A stretch of 64,000 nt of DNA from contig JAVVWU010000002.1 in assembly GCA_036651955.1 (NCBI GenBank), positions 6,459 through 70,458 of the forward strand, written 5' to 3'. The notes below the pieces were generated by a model. The model saw nothing but the letters and a program-made list of their open reading frames with translations, had not been told where the DNA came from and did not search any database. The DNA comes from Kiritimatiellia bacterium. Lineage in GTDB: Bacteria > Verrucomicrobiota > Kiritimatiellia > RFP12 > DVOR01. The position numbers and the translations under genes are program-made. Below are positions 18,344 through 28,730 of this stretch, one piece after another; the stretch's first letter is position 1, and the number at the start of each line of letters is the position of its first letter.

Positions 18344-20440
18344 GTGAGTACGACACGTCATTTTGTTTACTGGACGATTTATCCTAATACACATCAACGT
18401 GCATGGATTGATGAATTACGTGCCGAAGGATGTGATATTGAAGTTTGTTATTTTGGACATTATGATGCCTATCGCACGGACATGGGCTGGCGTGAGCCAA
18501 AAACTTTACCGAAGCAAGAACATTTCTTCTCTACGCTTGAAGAAGCACGTCGTCAAATTTCAGACTATGCGCAACGTACGGCAATCCTTACTGGATACCA
18601 CGATAAAATTTATTGGGAGGTGCTTCACTTTTGTGAAACTCAAAATCTCCCTTGGGTTTTCTTTGCAGAAGGGTCTCAAGGACGTTGGCGTTCTTTATGG
18701 CAACGGCGTCTCTTTGCGCATCATGTTAATCGTTCTGCACTTCACGCCTTTGCAATTGGCTCAAGCGGCGTAGCTGATTTCATTGACGGTTGGGGAATCG
18801 ATCCAGATAAAGTTTCACAACTTCCTTATGTAACGCCTCGTGCCGAACATCCAACAGTGCCACTTCCACACAGCGAGTACCGTTTTGTCTTTGTCGGGGC
18901 ATTCATCTACCGTAAAGCGATTGATGTTTTAGCCGATGCGTGGCGACAGTTTGCTCCTACGCATCCCAATGCGGTGCTTCGTATCATTGGCGATGGACCT
19001 TTGCGTTCTTGTTTTGATGGGCTTCCTCGTGTCGAACGGTGTGGTGTCCTTCCTCCCGAACGTATCGCGGAACAGTTTGTGGATTGCGATTGCGGACTTT
19101 TACCGAGCCGATTTGATGGATGGGGAATGGTGTTGGCAGAATATGTGCGCGCCGGATTGACATTGATTGGTACAGACCGTTGTGGCGCGTCTGAAACGCT
19201 TATCCGTCCCGGACGTAATGGTTATATTATTCCTGCGGCGGAACTCTCGGCGCTTGTACAAGCACTTGAAGATGTACCTCTTCTTGTCGCTGATTCCGCT
19301 GTATTGACTGCTACGTCCGCGAAAACTTGTGTCCATACGTTTCTCTCAACAATCGAGAACGGTATAAAAGAAGCTCACGCTCAATCTTTTGTACATATTG
19401 CCGCCGGATGTTGGAAAGACGGTGGAGGCCTTTCGGAATCTGTTGCGCTCACAGCCCTTCATCAGGCACGGAGAGGATATCGAGTGACGCTCGCCTTCCT
19501 CGGTGGGGCAGAAGAGCATCCACTCCTTCGCGAGTGTCGCCGTGCGGGCGTGACGATTCACGTGTTCCCACGCACCGGTTCAAAGTCGTTTTACTTTTCA
19601 TGGACAATGCTTTTGCAGTTGCGTACGCTTATACGGCAAAGTTCTCGTGTCTATCTCCATGGATGTTGGACGTTCCCAATCTTTTGGGGCGCACGCTGCG
19701 CACATCGGACGGGCGTCCCATATTTTTGTTCGCCACACGGAGCTCTCAATCTTGTTTATCGGCGGTATGGACGAATCCGTAAATGGGTGGCATGGGTTTT
19801 ATTTAATCGTCACGTACTTTTAGGGGCAACCGCACTGCATGCCTGTTCGGAAACCGAGGCGCAAACATTACGTGAGGTCCTTCGTGCGCCCTGTCCTCCG
19901 ATTCGTATCATTCCGAACGCTGTGAATGGTGCAGAGCTTGATGCGGTTGCGGAACAATCGCGTACGCAGACTTTTTTATTTCTTGGACGACTACATCCGC
20001 TTAAAGGTCTTGACCTTCTTGCCGAAGCGTGGCGAATTGCGAATCTAACCACATGGACACTGGCGATTGCTGGTACAAATGAAGGTGTTCATCTCCCTTT
20101 GGCTCCACGAATGCACCTCCTGGGTGCGCTTCATGGCGAAGCAAAAGTACGTGCTCTTAAATCTGCTGCTTGTTTAATTCTCCCGACACGTTCGGAAAAC
20201 TTCGGTATGGTTGTTGCCGAAGCGCTTTGGTGCCGCACGCCTGTCATCTGTACGAAAGGTGCACCATGGTCAGAACTCGGCGACTTCTGGGTCGATATTA
20301 CGGCAGAAGCTCTTGCGGATGCCATGCGCCGTATGGCGGCTCTTACGGACTCCGAACGTGACGCTCGTTTCGCTCCACTTTTTGATGTCGCGCATGAACG
20401 CTTTTCGCCTTCAAAGATCGCCGCGATACTCGCAGAATAA
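18344..20440 (+). CDS. Tandem GT4 (group-1) glycosyltransferase fusion. The start is uncertain.
   Basis: Two GT4 C-terminal domains with (E)X7E-like motifs. The ORF-track start at 18209 overlaps the upstream gene. Confidence 0.7.
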   Translation: MSTTRHFVYWTIYPNTHQRAWIDELRAEGCDIEVCYFGHYDAYRTDMGWREPKTLPKQEHFFSTLEEARRQISDYAQRTAILTGYHDKIYWEVLHFCETQNLPWVFFAEGSQGRWRSLWQRRLFAHHVNRSALHAFAIGSSGVADFIDGWGIDPDKVSQLPYVTPRAEHPTVPLPHSEYRFVFVGAFIYRKAIDVLADAWRQFAPTHPNAVLRIIGDGPLRSCFDGLPRVERCGVLPPERIAEQFVDCDCGLLPSRFDGWGMVLAEYVRAGLTLIGTDRCGASETLIRPGRNGYIIPAAELSALVQALEDVPLLVADSAVLTATSAKTCVHTFLSTIENGIKEAHAQSFVHIAAGCWKDGGGLSESVALTALHQARRGYRVTLAFLGGAEEHPLLRECRRAGVTIHVFPRTGSKSFYFSWTMLLQLRTLIRQSSRVYLHGCWTFPIFWGARCAHRTGVPYFCSPHGALNLVYRRYGRIRKWVAWVLFNRHVLLGATALHACSETEAQTLREVLRAPCPPIRIIPNAVNGAELDAVAEQSRTQTFLFLGRLHPLKGLDLLAEAWRIANLTTWTLAIAGTNEGVHLPLAPRMHLLGALHGEAKVRALKSAACLILPTRSENFGMVVAEALWCRTPVICTKGAPWSELGDFWVDITAEALADAMRRMAALTDSERDARFAPLFDVAHERFSPSKIAAILAE

Positions 20441-20479
20441 ATTGAGTTTATGTTATTCTTATGTCACTGAGGTAAGACG

Positions 20480-21211
20480 ATGTGGAGACTAATCAATCTG
20501 AGTTTAATTGGAATTATTGGATTCTGTGGATGTGTTAGAACAACTGCAGTTGAGTCTGATAAGAGTTTGAGAACGAGCGCACAACAAGCGTTTTCAATGG
20601 GGGAGTATAATCGCGCAAAAGCATTGATTATGCAAGCGGATCGCTATCAGGTTCCATGGACGGAACTTTCACGCCGCACACTTGATTTGCGTATTGCACA
20701 AGCAGAAAATGTACAAAATGGAGAACTTCAGTTTCTTCAAGATGCTTGGCTCAAACAATATGATCGTTGGACAGCAGAGGAACGTGCGGACGCTCAACTC
20801 ACGATGATTGAAACGTTACGTCCAGAATATGCGCTTGATCAATTGCGTGACATTGATACTTATGGGTGGTCAGCCGAATTACGCGCACGTTATAATTTAC
20901 TCTTTGCACGTCTCCTTGCCGGTCGTCCCGAACTTTATGATACAACCATTGCAAAGTGGACGATGGGCATTAAGGCACTTTATAAGACCGGTAAAAAAGA
21001 CGTTGCGGCGCGTGAAGCTGAACGATGTGCAACACTGATGAAAAATGCAAATGCTGCATTGATTGCCGCGAAGATTCATAATGAGTTGCATCATATGAAG
21101 TCGAAAGAAGATGCGATCCTTCTCGGGCTTTCATTCTCATCAGAGAGCGATATCTTGCATGAGGTCAACCTTATCCGTTCTGCATCTCTTGGAACTAAAA
21201 GCCAACTCTGA
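20480..21211 (+). CDS. Hypothetical secreted protein or lipoprotein
   Basis: N-terminal hydrophobic segment with cysteines. No known domain. Confidence 0.45.
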   Translation: MWRLINLSLIGIIGFCGCVRTTAVESDKSLRTSAQQAFSMGEYNRAKALIMQADRYQVPWTELSRRTLDLRIAQAENVQNGELQFLQDAWLKQYDRWTAEERADAQLTMIETLRPEYALDQLRDIDTYGWSAELRARYNLLFARLLAGRPELYDTTIAKWTMGIKALYKTGKKDVAAREAERCATLMKNANAALIAAKIHNELHHMKSKEDAILLGLSFSSESDILHEVNLIRSASLGTKSQL

Positions 21212-21273
21212 TGAAGAAAATTCATGAGAGATGCAGTAAAAGTGCCACTTTATTATAGAAAAGAGAATTAACT

Positions 21274-22551
21274 ATGGCGGATGGAGATACACGACGTTGG
21301 TCGCTTCGCAATCCCAGCGCAGAGATTAGTAACAACAATATTCCTACGGCGATGCTTGTACAGTGGGCGTCGCAAGGAATTGTTAAGCCGGGCTATACGC
21401 TCTCCACCGATGGAATCTCATGGGTTCCTGCCGAAACACTTCCCGAGCTTAATATGACGTGGTATATCCTTGCTCCGGAACGTCCGCCCTACGGACCTAT
21501 CACTCAAGCCGCTGCAGAAAAATTTATCGCGGAAGCTCTTTTCCCTCGGAACTCTGTTCTCTCACAAAATCCGGGCGATCAGCCCGTTTCGATTGAGCTT
21601 CCTTTACATCTTGTTATCCCGGAAGAATCTCATCAACAAGAAGTGGAAGAAACGCGCAAACGTCTTGTATTACTTGAGAAAGAACTTCGGATTAAAGATC
21701 GTCGCATTAACGAATTGCGGCAAGAAGCTGAAATGCACCAATCTGAATTGAACGTTGATAATATCCCCGACGCAAAGACGCTCGCCGCTGAACTTGAACA
21801 AACGCGATTAGAATATGCCCACCTTAAGGCTTCTGCTCAAGAAGCCGAAGAAGCTTCTGCCCAGCATGAGCGTGAATTGCGTCAGCGGATCCATACGCTT
21901 GATACTGCCCTCGAAAAAGCTCAAAGCACACTTCCGCCGGAAGCACCGCCAGATGAAACGCTTTTTGCAATTCTTTCCAAAGAAGCGGAACTCCTTCGTC
22001 AAGGACAAGAAGAAGAACAACGATTGCTAGACCAAATCCGTGAACTTGCACGGATGCGTCTGGTTCAGCTTTCAGAGCGTCTCCGTGACATTTGCAAACT
22101 TACCGGAGACACGCCTCTACAGATGCGCGAAAATATTCGGCGAGAAGGTTATATTCATCCGATTACCGTTGTCCAACGTTCCAACCCTACCGGTAATGCC
22201 GAATTAGAAAAAAGCCTTTCCGCCGCCCTCGCGCGTGAAAGTGCTTTGCAAAAACAGCTTATTTCGCTTGAAGCACGTGAAACGGAATTGCGTACTAAAG
22301 TCGGTCAAGCCGAACGTCAAACGCTTGATTCCCTCACCCTTGATGAAAAGTTAAGAGAAACTGCGAAAGCTTTGGAACGCGAACGGCATTCTCGCGAAGA
22401 AGAACATCGTGAAAATGCGCATATTCAAGAGCAATTGCTTCGTCGTATTGAGGAACTTGAACGTAATGCAATTCCGGCGACCGCGCCAATTCTTGAGTCT
22501 CCGTCAGTCGAACGCCCCGCGTCGAACTTCGGATGGCTTCGGAAGAAATGA
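21274..22551 (+). CDS. DUF4339 (GYF-like) repeat protein with a long coiled-coil region
   Basis: W...GP...W repeats at the N-terminus. Heptad-rich E/R/L C-terminal half. Confidence 0.5.
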   Translation: MADGDTRRWSLRNPSAEISNNNIPTAMLVQWASQGIVKPGYTLSTDGISWVPAETLPELNMTWYILAPERPPYGPITQAAAEKFIAEALFPRNSVLSQNPGDQPVSIELPLHLVIPEESHQQEVEETRKRLVLLEKELRIKDRRINELRQEAEMHQSELNVDNIPDAKTLAAELEQTRLEYAHLKASAQEAEEASAQHERELRQRIHTLDTALEKAQSTLPPEAPPDETLFAILSKEAELLRQGQEEEQRLLDQIRELARMRLVQLSERLRDICKLTGDTPLQMRENIRREGYIHPITVVQRSNPTGNAELEKSLSAALARESALQKQLISLEARETELRTKVGQAERQTLDSLTLDEKLRETAKALERERHSREEEHRENAHIQEQLLRRIEELERNAIPATAPILESPSVERPASNFGWLRKK

Positions 22552-23471
22552 TTCCTCCTCTTTTTCTTGCACCTATGGCAGACTTTACAACGCCCGCAAT
22601 GCGGACGTTGTGTGAAGCGTTTGGTGCACAACGCACCTATACAGAAATGGTCAATGCCGAAGGCATCTGTCGTCAATCTGAAAAGACGCTTTTCTTATTA
22701 GAGACCTTTCCCGAAGAACGTCATGTGTGGGCACATCTTTATGGTGCCGAGCCCGAACGGCTTGCGGAAGCGGCACGTAGAGTTGAAGCGCTTGGACGCT
22801 TTGAAGGTATTGACATCAATGCTGGATGTCCTGTGCCACGAATTACTTCACAAGGTGCAGGATCGGCACTTCTTCACGATCTTCCACGCCTTGGACGAAT
22901 TTTGGAGGCGGTCGTCAACGCAGTTCAACTCCCCGTTACCGTAAAAACAAGATTAGGTCCCAATCCACAGTTGAAAACGGGGGCTGAAACGGTACACATT
23001 GCAGAATCAGCAGGCGTTGCAGCAATGACGTTTCATGCACGCTATACATCACAAGGACATATGGGGCCACTTGCGTTAGAAGAATTACGCAACCTTGTCG
23101 CAAGCACGCAACTCCCACTTTATGGCAACGGTTCCGTTGTTGATGTTACCAGTGCACAGACGATGGCAGAGACCAACGTTAAAGCCATTCTCATCGCACG
23201 TGCGGCGCTTGAAAGTCCTACGATCTTTTCTTTTACGCAAGGAGATCCTTGCACTTTAGCCAAACGGCATCTTGAACTTGAACTTCGATATCGCGAACGT
23301 GCTTGCCGTTTCTCCCATATTACAGCCGAAGAGGCAACGGTACTGACGTTTCGTAAACATCTTTTCCGTTATTTCAAGGGACTCCCCGGGTCGAATACGC
23401 TCCGCGGTCATCTGATGGACTTGCATACGCTTCAAGACCTCTGGACTGCGATTGACTTTTTCGCTCAATAA
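22533..23471 (+). CDS. tRNA-dihydrouridine synthase
   Basis: LAPMADFTTPAMR Dus family, TIM-barrel FMN motifs. Confidence 0.85.
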   Translation: MASEEMIPPLFLAPMADFTTPAMRTLCEAFGAQRTYTEMVNAEGICRQSEKTLFLLETFPEERHVWAHLYGAEPERLAEAARRVEALGRFEGIDINAGCPVPRITSQGAGSALLHDLPRLGRILEAVVNAVQLPVTVKTRLGPNPQLKTGAETVHIAESAGVAAMTFHARYTSQGHMGPLALEELRNLVASTQLPLYGNGSVVDVTSAQTMAETNVKAILIARAALESPTIFSFTQGDPCTLAKRHLELELRYRERACRFSHITAEEATVLTFRKHLFRYFKGLPGSNTLRGHLMDLHTLQDLWTAIDFFAQ

Positions 23472-23499
23472 AATTCGTCTTATTTTGACTCCCAAAGTC

Positions 23500-23760
23500 C
23501 TGCTTATGCACGGACTCTATTCTGCATAAGTCCACATAAGAGGTCATAACAAAAGCAGCACTTATGCAAAGTGGCACAGTCTGGCACGGTAATGAAGATG
23601 CGGCGGCCTCAGTGAGGTAAGCCCTCTACCTCACTGAGGTACGAGGTCAGGGTCAGTGAGGTACGAGCTCTACCTCATTGAGGTGCGCGACGAAACGTTT
23701 TGGAATATCTCTTGGAATCTGCGAGGAATAGTACTAAAGCTTGGAAAATGAATGGAATGG
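23500..23760. repeat. Conserved intergenic module, copy B
   Basis: Alignable to copy A. Hairpins at 23607-23639 and 23653-23681. Confidence 0.65.
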
Positions 23761-23966
23761 GCGGGTGTGAAGTCTCTTTGTGTGCCAGAAAGTTATGAAC
23801 CTATTTCAACACGCTCAGAAGGAGTACTTTTTGCAGTCACAATTCTGCATAAGTGTAGTTTCGTTTCCGACGTCTATTTAGTTTATAGGCAGCGGCTGTG
23901 TCTCTTCCGGAGGTTTTGAAGCCACGCGCCATAAGGGGAGCCCGTCAGAGGAAGGGAGGCTTTTGG

Positions 23967-23982
23967 TATACTACAAAGAATG
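23967..23982 (+). promoter_or_regulatory. TATACT -10 box 7 nt upstream of the dnaE ATG (candidate leaderless promoter)
   Basis: tttTGgTATACTacaaagaATG. No room for an RBS. Confidence 0.4.
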
Positions 23983-26900
23983 AGTGAGAAAATAAAAGAG
24001 GTCGCGGTGGATGTGCCACAAGTGCCATTTGTGCATTTGCACGTTCATACCGGCTATTCGCTTTTAGATGGTGCGTGTCAAGTGCCAGCATTGGTGGCAC
24101 GTGCTAAGGCTTTGGGGATGCGTGCGTGTGCGATTACCGATCACGGTAATTTGTTTGGTCTAAAAGAATTTTATGATAGTTGCCGGAAGGCGAAGATTAA
24201 ACCGATTTTGGGATGTGAAGCGTATGTGGCACGATTAGGACGAAAGAATCGAGAGCAACGCAGCGGCGATCATCTGATTTTACTCGCAAAGAATCTCACG
24301 GGCTATCACAATTTATTGAAGCTGATTTCGCTCGCTCATACGGAAGGATTTTATGGTCGTCCGCGGATTGACTGGGAACTTTTAGAGCGTTATCACGAGG
24401 GGCTGATTTGTTCGACGGCGTGTCTTGCGGGGATTGTTCCGCGTATGATCGAAGATGGGCGGATTGATGAGGCGGAACGGATCGCGCTTCAATATCGTGC
24501 GCTTTTCGGTGATGATTATTATTTTGAAGTGATGTTGCACCCATCGGTGGTGTCTGTCTATGCAGAGCAGTTGAATGCGCAGGTTCATCGACGCCAAGTT
24601 ATTTTACGTGATGAGCTTTTGAAATTGGGTGCACGGTTGCAGATTAAGGTCATTGCCACGAATGACGTGCATTTTCTTCGGGAAGATGATGGACCAGCGC
24701 ATGATATTCTTCTATGTGTGAGTACAGGGAAGAAGCAGGCGGAGGGAAAACGTCTCCGTTATACGCAGCAGGAGTGGTTCAAAAGCTACGAGGAAATGCA
24801 GAAGCTTTTCCCTGATCATCTTGAAGTTTTGCATAATACGCTCGAAATTGAGAAAAAGGTTGAGGCGTACGAATTAAATTCAGATCCCATTATGCCGGTG
24901 TTTCCTATTCCAGAAGCGTTTGGAACAGAAGCACAATATGCCCAACGTTTCCCCGAGGAAGTGTTGTGTAAGGAGTTTGGCGCGCGATATGAGAAATTTA
25001 AGGGGTATGAGAAGGTTGTCCGCATTAAGTTGGAGTCGGATTATCTTGCTCATCTGACGTGGAAAGGTGCGGCGTTACGTTGGCAGGGAGCGGCTTTGAC
25101 GGAGGAGATTCGCACGCGGATTGAGTTTGAGCTTGAGACGATCAAGACGATGGGTTTCCCCGGTTACTTTTTGATTGTGCAAGATTATATTGCAGCGGCG
25201 CGTGCGCTCGGTGTGATTGTCGGTCCGGGGCGTGGAAGCGCGGCAGGAAGTGCAGTTGCTTATAGTTTGCGTATTACTGATATTGATCCGCTCAAGTATG
25301 ATTTGCTGTTTGAACGTTTTCTTAATCCCGATCGTATTTCGATGCCGGATATTGACGTGGACTTTGATGATGAAGGGCGCGGGCGCGTACTTCAATGGGT
25401 GACTGAAAAATATGGTGCCGATCATGTAGGACATATTGCAACGTTTGGAATCATGGCTCCCAAAAGCGCGATTAAAGATGTTTCGCGTGTCCTTGATTAT
25501 CCGATTGCAGAGGCCAATGTGTTGGCAGGAATGGTGCCAGAAGCTCCGAAGATTACATTTGCTAAAGCGTTTGTGGAGAACCCGCGGCTGGCTGAAATTT
25601 TGGATGGTCCCGATCCGCAGAAGCGACAAATCATGGAATTGGCAATGCGCCTAGAGGGAACGACGCGTAATGCCGGTGTTCATGCGTGTGGCATTATCAT
25701 TAGTCGCGATCCTTTGATGGAGACAATCCCGATTACGCCTACCGATAATGAAGAATTGATGACGACGCAATACGGGGGGCATTTTGTTGAGCCGATTGGA
25801 CTTCTTAAAATGGACTTTTTGGGGCTTAAGACGCTTTCCGTCTTAAAAGCCTGTCTTGAATCGATTAAGGAATCCCACGGTGTCGATGTCGATATGGAGC
25901 AAATCCCTATCGACGATAAAGAAACATTTGAGCTTTTCTCCCGCGGTGAAACGGATGGTCTCTTCCAGTTTGAATCGGATGGGATGAAGGGGCATTTACG
26001 TGTCTTGAAACCGAATAGGTTTGAAGATCTTGTGGCAATGAATGCACTGTACCGTCCCGGTCCGATGCAATATATTCCGTCTTTTGTCAAACGTAAACAT
26101 GGTCAAGAAAAAATCAGCTACGATCATCCTTTGATGGAACATTATCTCAAGGATACCTACGGGATTACGGTGTATCAGGAACAGGTGATGTTGCTGTCAC
26201 GAGCCTTGGGACAGTTTACACGTGGCGAATCGGATTCCCTTCGTAAGGCGATGGGTAAGAAGCAAATTGAAACGATGGAGGAGCTTTACGGAAAATTCGT
26301 AAAGGGCTGTTTATCGAATCCCAAGTTTATGGAAGCCTGTCGCGGTGAAGCAGATGCGAAAGAGCGTATCGAAAAGATTTGGGGCGATTGGAAAAAGTTC
26401 GCCGAATACGCCTTCAATAAATCACACTCGGTTTGCTATGCCTATATTGCTTATCAAACGGGATTTCTCAAAGCGCATTATCCTGCCGATTTTATGTGCG
26501 CGCAGATTTCCTCTGAAATAGGTCATTTCGATAAGATGCCGGCGCTTGTTGCTGCGGCCTCTGAAATGGGGCTTCAAGTATTGCCGCCAGATGTGAACGC
26601 GTCACGTTCGCATTTTTCGCCTGAAGGTAAAACGGCGATTCGATTTGGACTTGGTGCGATTCGCGGTGTGGGCGTGCTTGCTGGCGATGCGATTGTTCTC
26701 GAACGCCAAAAGAATGGTCCTTATAAAGGTTTGATTGATTTCTGTAAACGCCTTTCCGGTCTTGCGGCAAAAGATATCAATGAGGGGAAAAACTTAGTCC
26801 ATAAACGCGTGGTTGATGCGCTTATTCGTAGTGGCGCAATGGCGTGTTTCTCTCATTGTCATCAGGGGCAATTATTAGCCAATATTGATTTTGCCTTTTC

Positions 26901-27732
26901 GCGTGTTGCCGAATCTGATCGTGATGGAGCGTCAGGACAAGGTTCACTCTTTGATTCATTGGGAGAAGAGGCGGATAAAGCTTTTTGTGAAGAAACATTG
27001 CCCGATGGTCCGCCGATGAGTGAGAAGAAAAAACTTCAAGAAGAACGCGATCTCTTAGGTGTTTATCTTTCGGGACATCCGTTGGATCGCTATCGTACGT
27101 TGGCGAGTTCATTCCGCACCTGTCGTATTGCCGAGCTTGCTCAACAGCCGGACGATACGTTGGTAAGGCTAACGGGATTTGTCAGTGTCTTGCGTGTCAA
27201 TATTTCAAAGAAAACGAAAGAACCATGGGCTTCGCTCATATTAGATGACGGAGAAGCGACGATTGAAGTTTTGGTGTTCCCGCGATGTTATGGGCAATAT
27301 CAATCGGCTTGTGTCCTTGATACGCCTATTCTTGTCTGTGGACGCATTAAATGTGAAGACGATCGCGGTACGAAAGTTTTTGCGAGCGAAGTTTATACGC
27401 TTCAATCGGCACCCTCACTCTTCGCAAAAGGGATTTCTCTTCGTTGTCATGTTGAGAATGACGCGGCATCTGCCAAACGATTAAACGAGTTACAGCAAAT
27501 ATTGGAAACTCACAAGGGCGGATTTAGTGTTGCCATGGCGTTAGAACTTCCCGAGAAAACGATTCTTTTCAATCCGGATAAACGGTGGAGTATTGATCCT
27601 TCTCCTGAATGTATTACTGCAATCGAAGCACTATGGGGGCATCATACGGTAACGTATCAGATGAAGAATAGTGCCATTTGCCTTGAGGCAAAAAACAATC
27701 GTCCGCGTTTTGTACCACGAGAGGGCTCATAG
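23980..27732 (+). CDS. dnaE: DNA polymerase III alpha subunit
   Basis: PHP domain, polymerase core, OB-fold. 1250 aa. Confidence 0.95.
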   Translation: MSEKIKEVAVDVPQVPFVHLHVHTGYSLLDGACQVPALVARAKALGMRACAITDHGNLFGLKEFYDSCRKAKIKPILGCEAYVARLGRKNREQRSGDHLILLAKNLTGYHNLLKLISLAHTEGFYGRPRIDWELLERYHEGLICSTACLAGIVPRMIEDGRIDEAERIALQYRALFGDDYYFEVMLHPSVVSVYAEQLNAQVHRRQVILRDELLKLGARLQIKVIATNDVHFLREDDGPAHDILLCVSTGKKQAEGKRLRYTQQEWFKSYEEMQKLFPDHLEVLHNTLEIEKKVEAYELNSDPIMPVFPIPEAFGTEAQYAQRFPEEVLCKEFGARYEKFKGYEKVVRIKLESDYLAHLTWKGAALRWQGAALTEEIRTRIEFELETIKTMGFPGYFLIVQDYIAAARALGVIVGPGRGSAAGSAVAYSLRITDIDPLKYDLLFERFLNPDRISMPDIDVDFDDEGRGRVLQWVTEKYGADHVGHIATFGIMAPKSAIKDVSRVLDYPIAEANVLAGMVPEAPKITFAKAFVENPRLAEILDGPDPQKRQIMELAMRLEGTTRNAGVHACGIIISRDPLMETIPITPTDNEELMTTQYGGHFVEPIGLLKMDFLGLKTLSVLKACLESIKESHGVDVDMEQIPIDDKETFELFSRGETDGLFQFESDGMKGHLRVLKPNRFEDLVAMNALYRPGPMQYIPSFVKRKHGQEKISYDHPLMEHYLKDTYGITVYQEQVMLLSRALGQFTRGESDSLRKAMGKKQIETMEELYGKFVKGCLSNPKFMEACRGEADAKERIEKIWGDWKKFAEYAFNKSHSVCYAYIAYQTGFLKAHYPADFMCAQISSEIGHFDKMPALVAAASEMGLQVLPPDVNASRSHFSPEGKTAIRFGLGAIRGVGVLAGDAIVLERQKNGPYKGLIDFCKRLSGLAAKDINEGKNLVHKRVVDALIRSGAMACFSHCHQGQLLANIDFAFSRVAESDRDGASGQGSLFDSLGEEADKAFCEETLPDGPPMSEKKKLQEERDLLGVYLSGHPLDRYRTLASSFRTCRIAELAQQPDDTLVRLTGFVSVLRVNISKKTKEPWASLILDDGEATIEVLVFPRCYGQYQSACVLDTPILVCGRIKCEDDRGTKVFASEVYTLQSAPSLFAKGISLRCHVENDAASAKRLNELQQILETHKGGFSVAMALELPEKTILFNPDKRWSIDPSPECITAIEALWGHHTVTYQMKNSAICLEAKNNRPRFVPREGS

Positions 27733-27736
27733 GCTT

Positions 27737-28726
27737 ATGATTAGTATTGTGATGCCTGTATATAATGCCGAGGCGACAATTCGGCAAACCATTGAAAGTA
27801 TTCGTCAACAAACCTTTTCCGATTGGGAATGTATTTGTGTTGACGACGGTTCAATCGATGACTCGTGGAATATTTTGAAGCATTATAGTGCTGAAGATAA
27901 TCGTTTTATCTGCTTGCAGCAACAGAATGCCGGACCTTCTGCGGCACGGAATGCGGCATTGCAAAAGGTGCGCGGTGATTGGTTGATGTTTGTTGATGCT
28001 GATGATCTCTTAGCATTGCGGACATTGGAACTTTCGCTGAAAGTTGCGGAAGGTGAGCGTGTGGATGCGGTGATTTTCGCTTATGAAATAATCCCATGGG
28101 AATCGACTGCGGAGTCAATGGCATGGTTGAATGCCTCTTTGGCGATGACATCAAGTCCTGAAACGTTCTGCTCGACTACGCCGGTTAAAACGGTTTTCTC
28201 GCAAGCGAACCTCCGCAGTGTTTGGGGCAAATTGTACCGTATGGACTGTGTGCGCGATGTTCGGTTTGACATTGATCAAGTCCCCGGGCGGGAAGATATG
28301 CTGTGGTTGTGTGAGGCAACCACAAAGCTTCAACGGTTGAGCGTCATGCCTCAGAAATTCTATGGATATCGTGTGGGGGAATGCTCAGTCACGCGTCGCG
28401 CAATTACCGTCGATTATTTGTTATGGCATCTTCGGAGTGAAGCGAAAGTGGGGCGCTTTTTAGTTGAACAGGGAAAGCGTTCATCCGAATGGAAAGAGGT
28501 GAAGGATGCCTATCAGAATGTCATTTTCACCGAGAATCTCAAATGGCTTTTCCAAAAGACGAAAGAGTTAAGGAAGAAAGACCTTGCGGACTTTCGTTCT
28601 TCTTTGCGTGAGATGGTAAAAGCAAAACTTTTTCAGCCTCAGTATCTGTCGATTTCCAAGAGGTTCTTGGTGATGATGTTTTTACTTGGTTGGGATGCGC
28701 CTTTGTGGCGTCGATACAGAGGATAA
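27737..28726 (+). CDS. GT2-family glycosyltransferase
   Basis: ISIVMPVYNAE...DDGSID...VDADD motifs. Confidence 0.8.
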   Translation: MISIVMPVYNAEATIRQTIESIRQQTFSDWECICVDDGSIDDSWNILKHYSAEDNRFICLQQQNAGPSAARNAALQKVRGDWLMFVDADDLLALRTLELSLKVAEGERVDAVIFAYEIIPWESTAESMAWLNASLAMTSSPETFCSTTPVKTVFSQANLRSVWGKLYRMDCVRDVRFDIDQVPGREDMLWLCEATTKLQRLSVMPQKFYGYRVGECSVTRRAITVDYLLWHLRSEAKVGRFLVEQGKRSSEWKEVKDAYQNVIFTENLKWLFQKTKELRKKDLADFRSSLREMVKAKLFQPQYLSISKRFLVMMFLLGWDAPLWRRYRG

Positions 28727-28730
28727 ATAG

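Noticed and set aside
20464-20476. tcactgaggtaag just upstream of ORF 20480, which resembles one hairpin unit of the module.
   Set aside because: It is a single half-site with no partner. The GAGGT within it is simply the RBS for the ATG at 20480.
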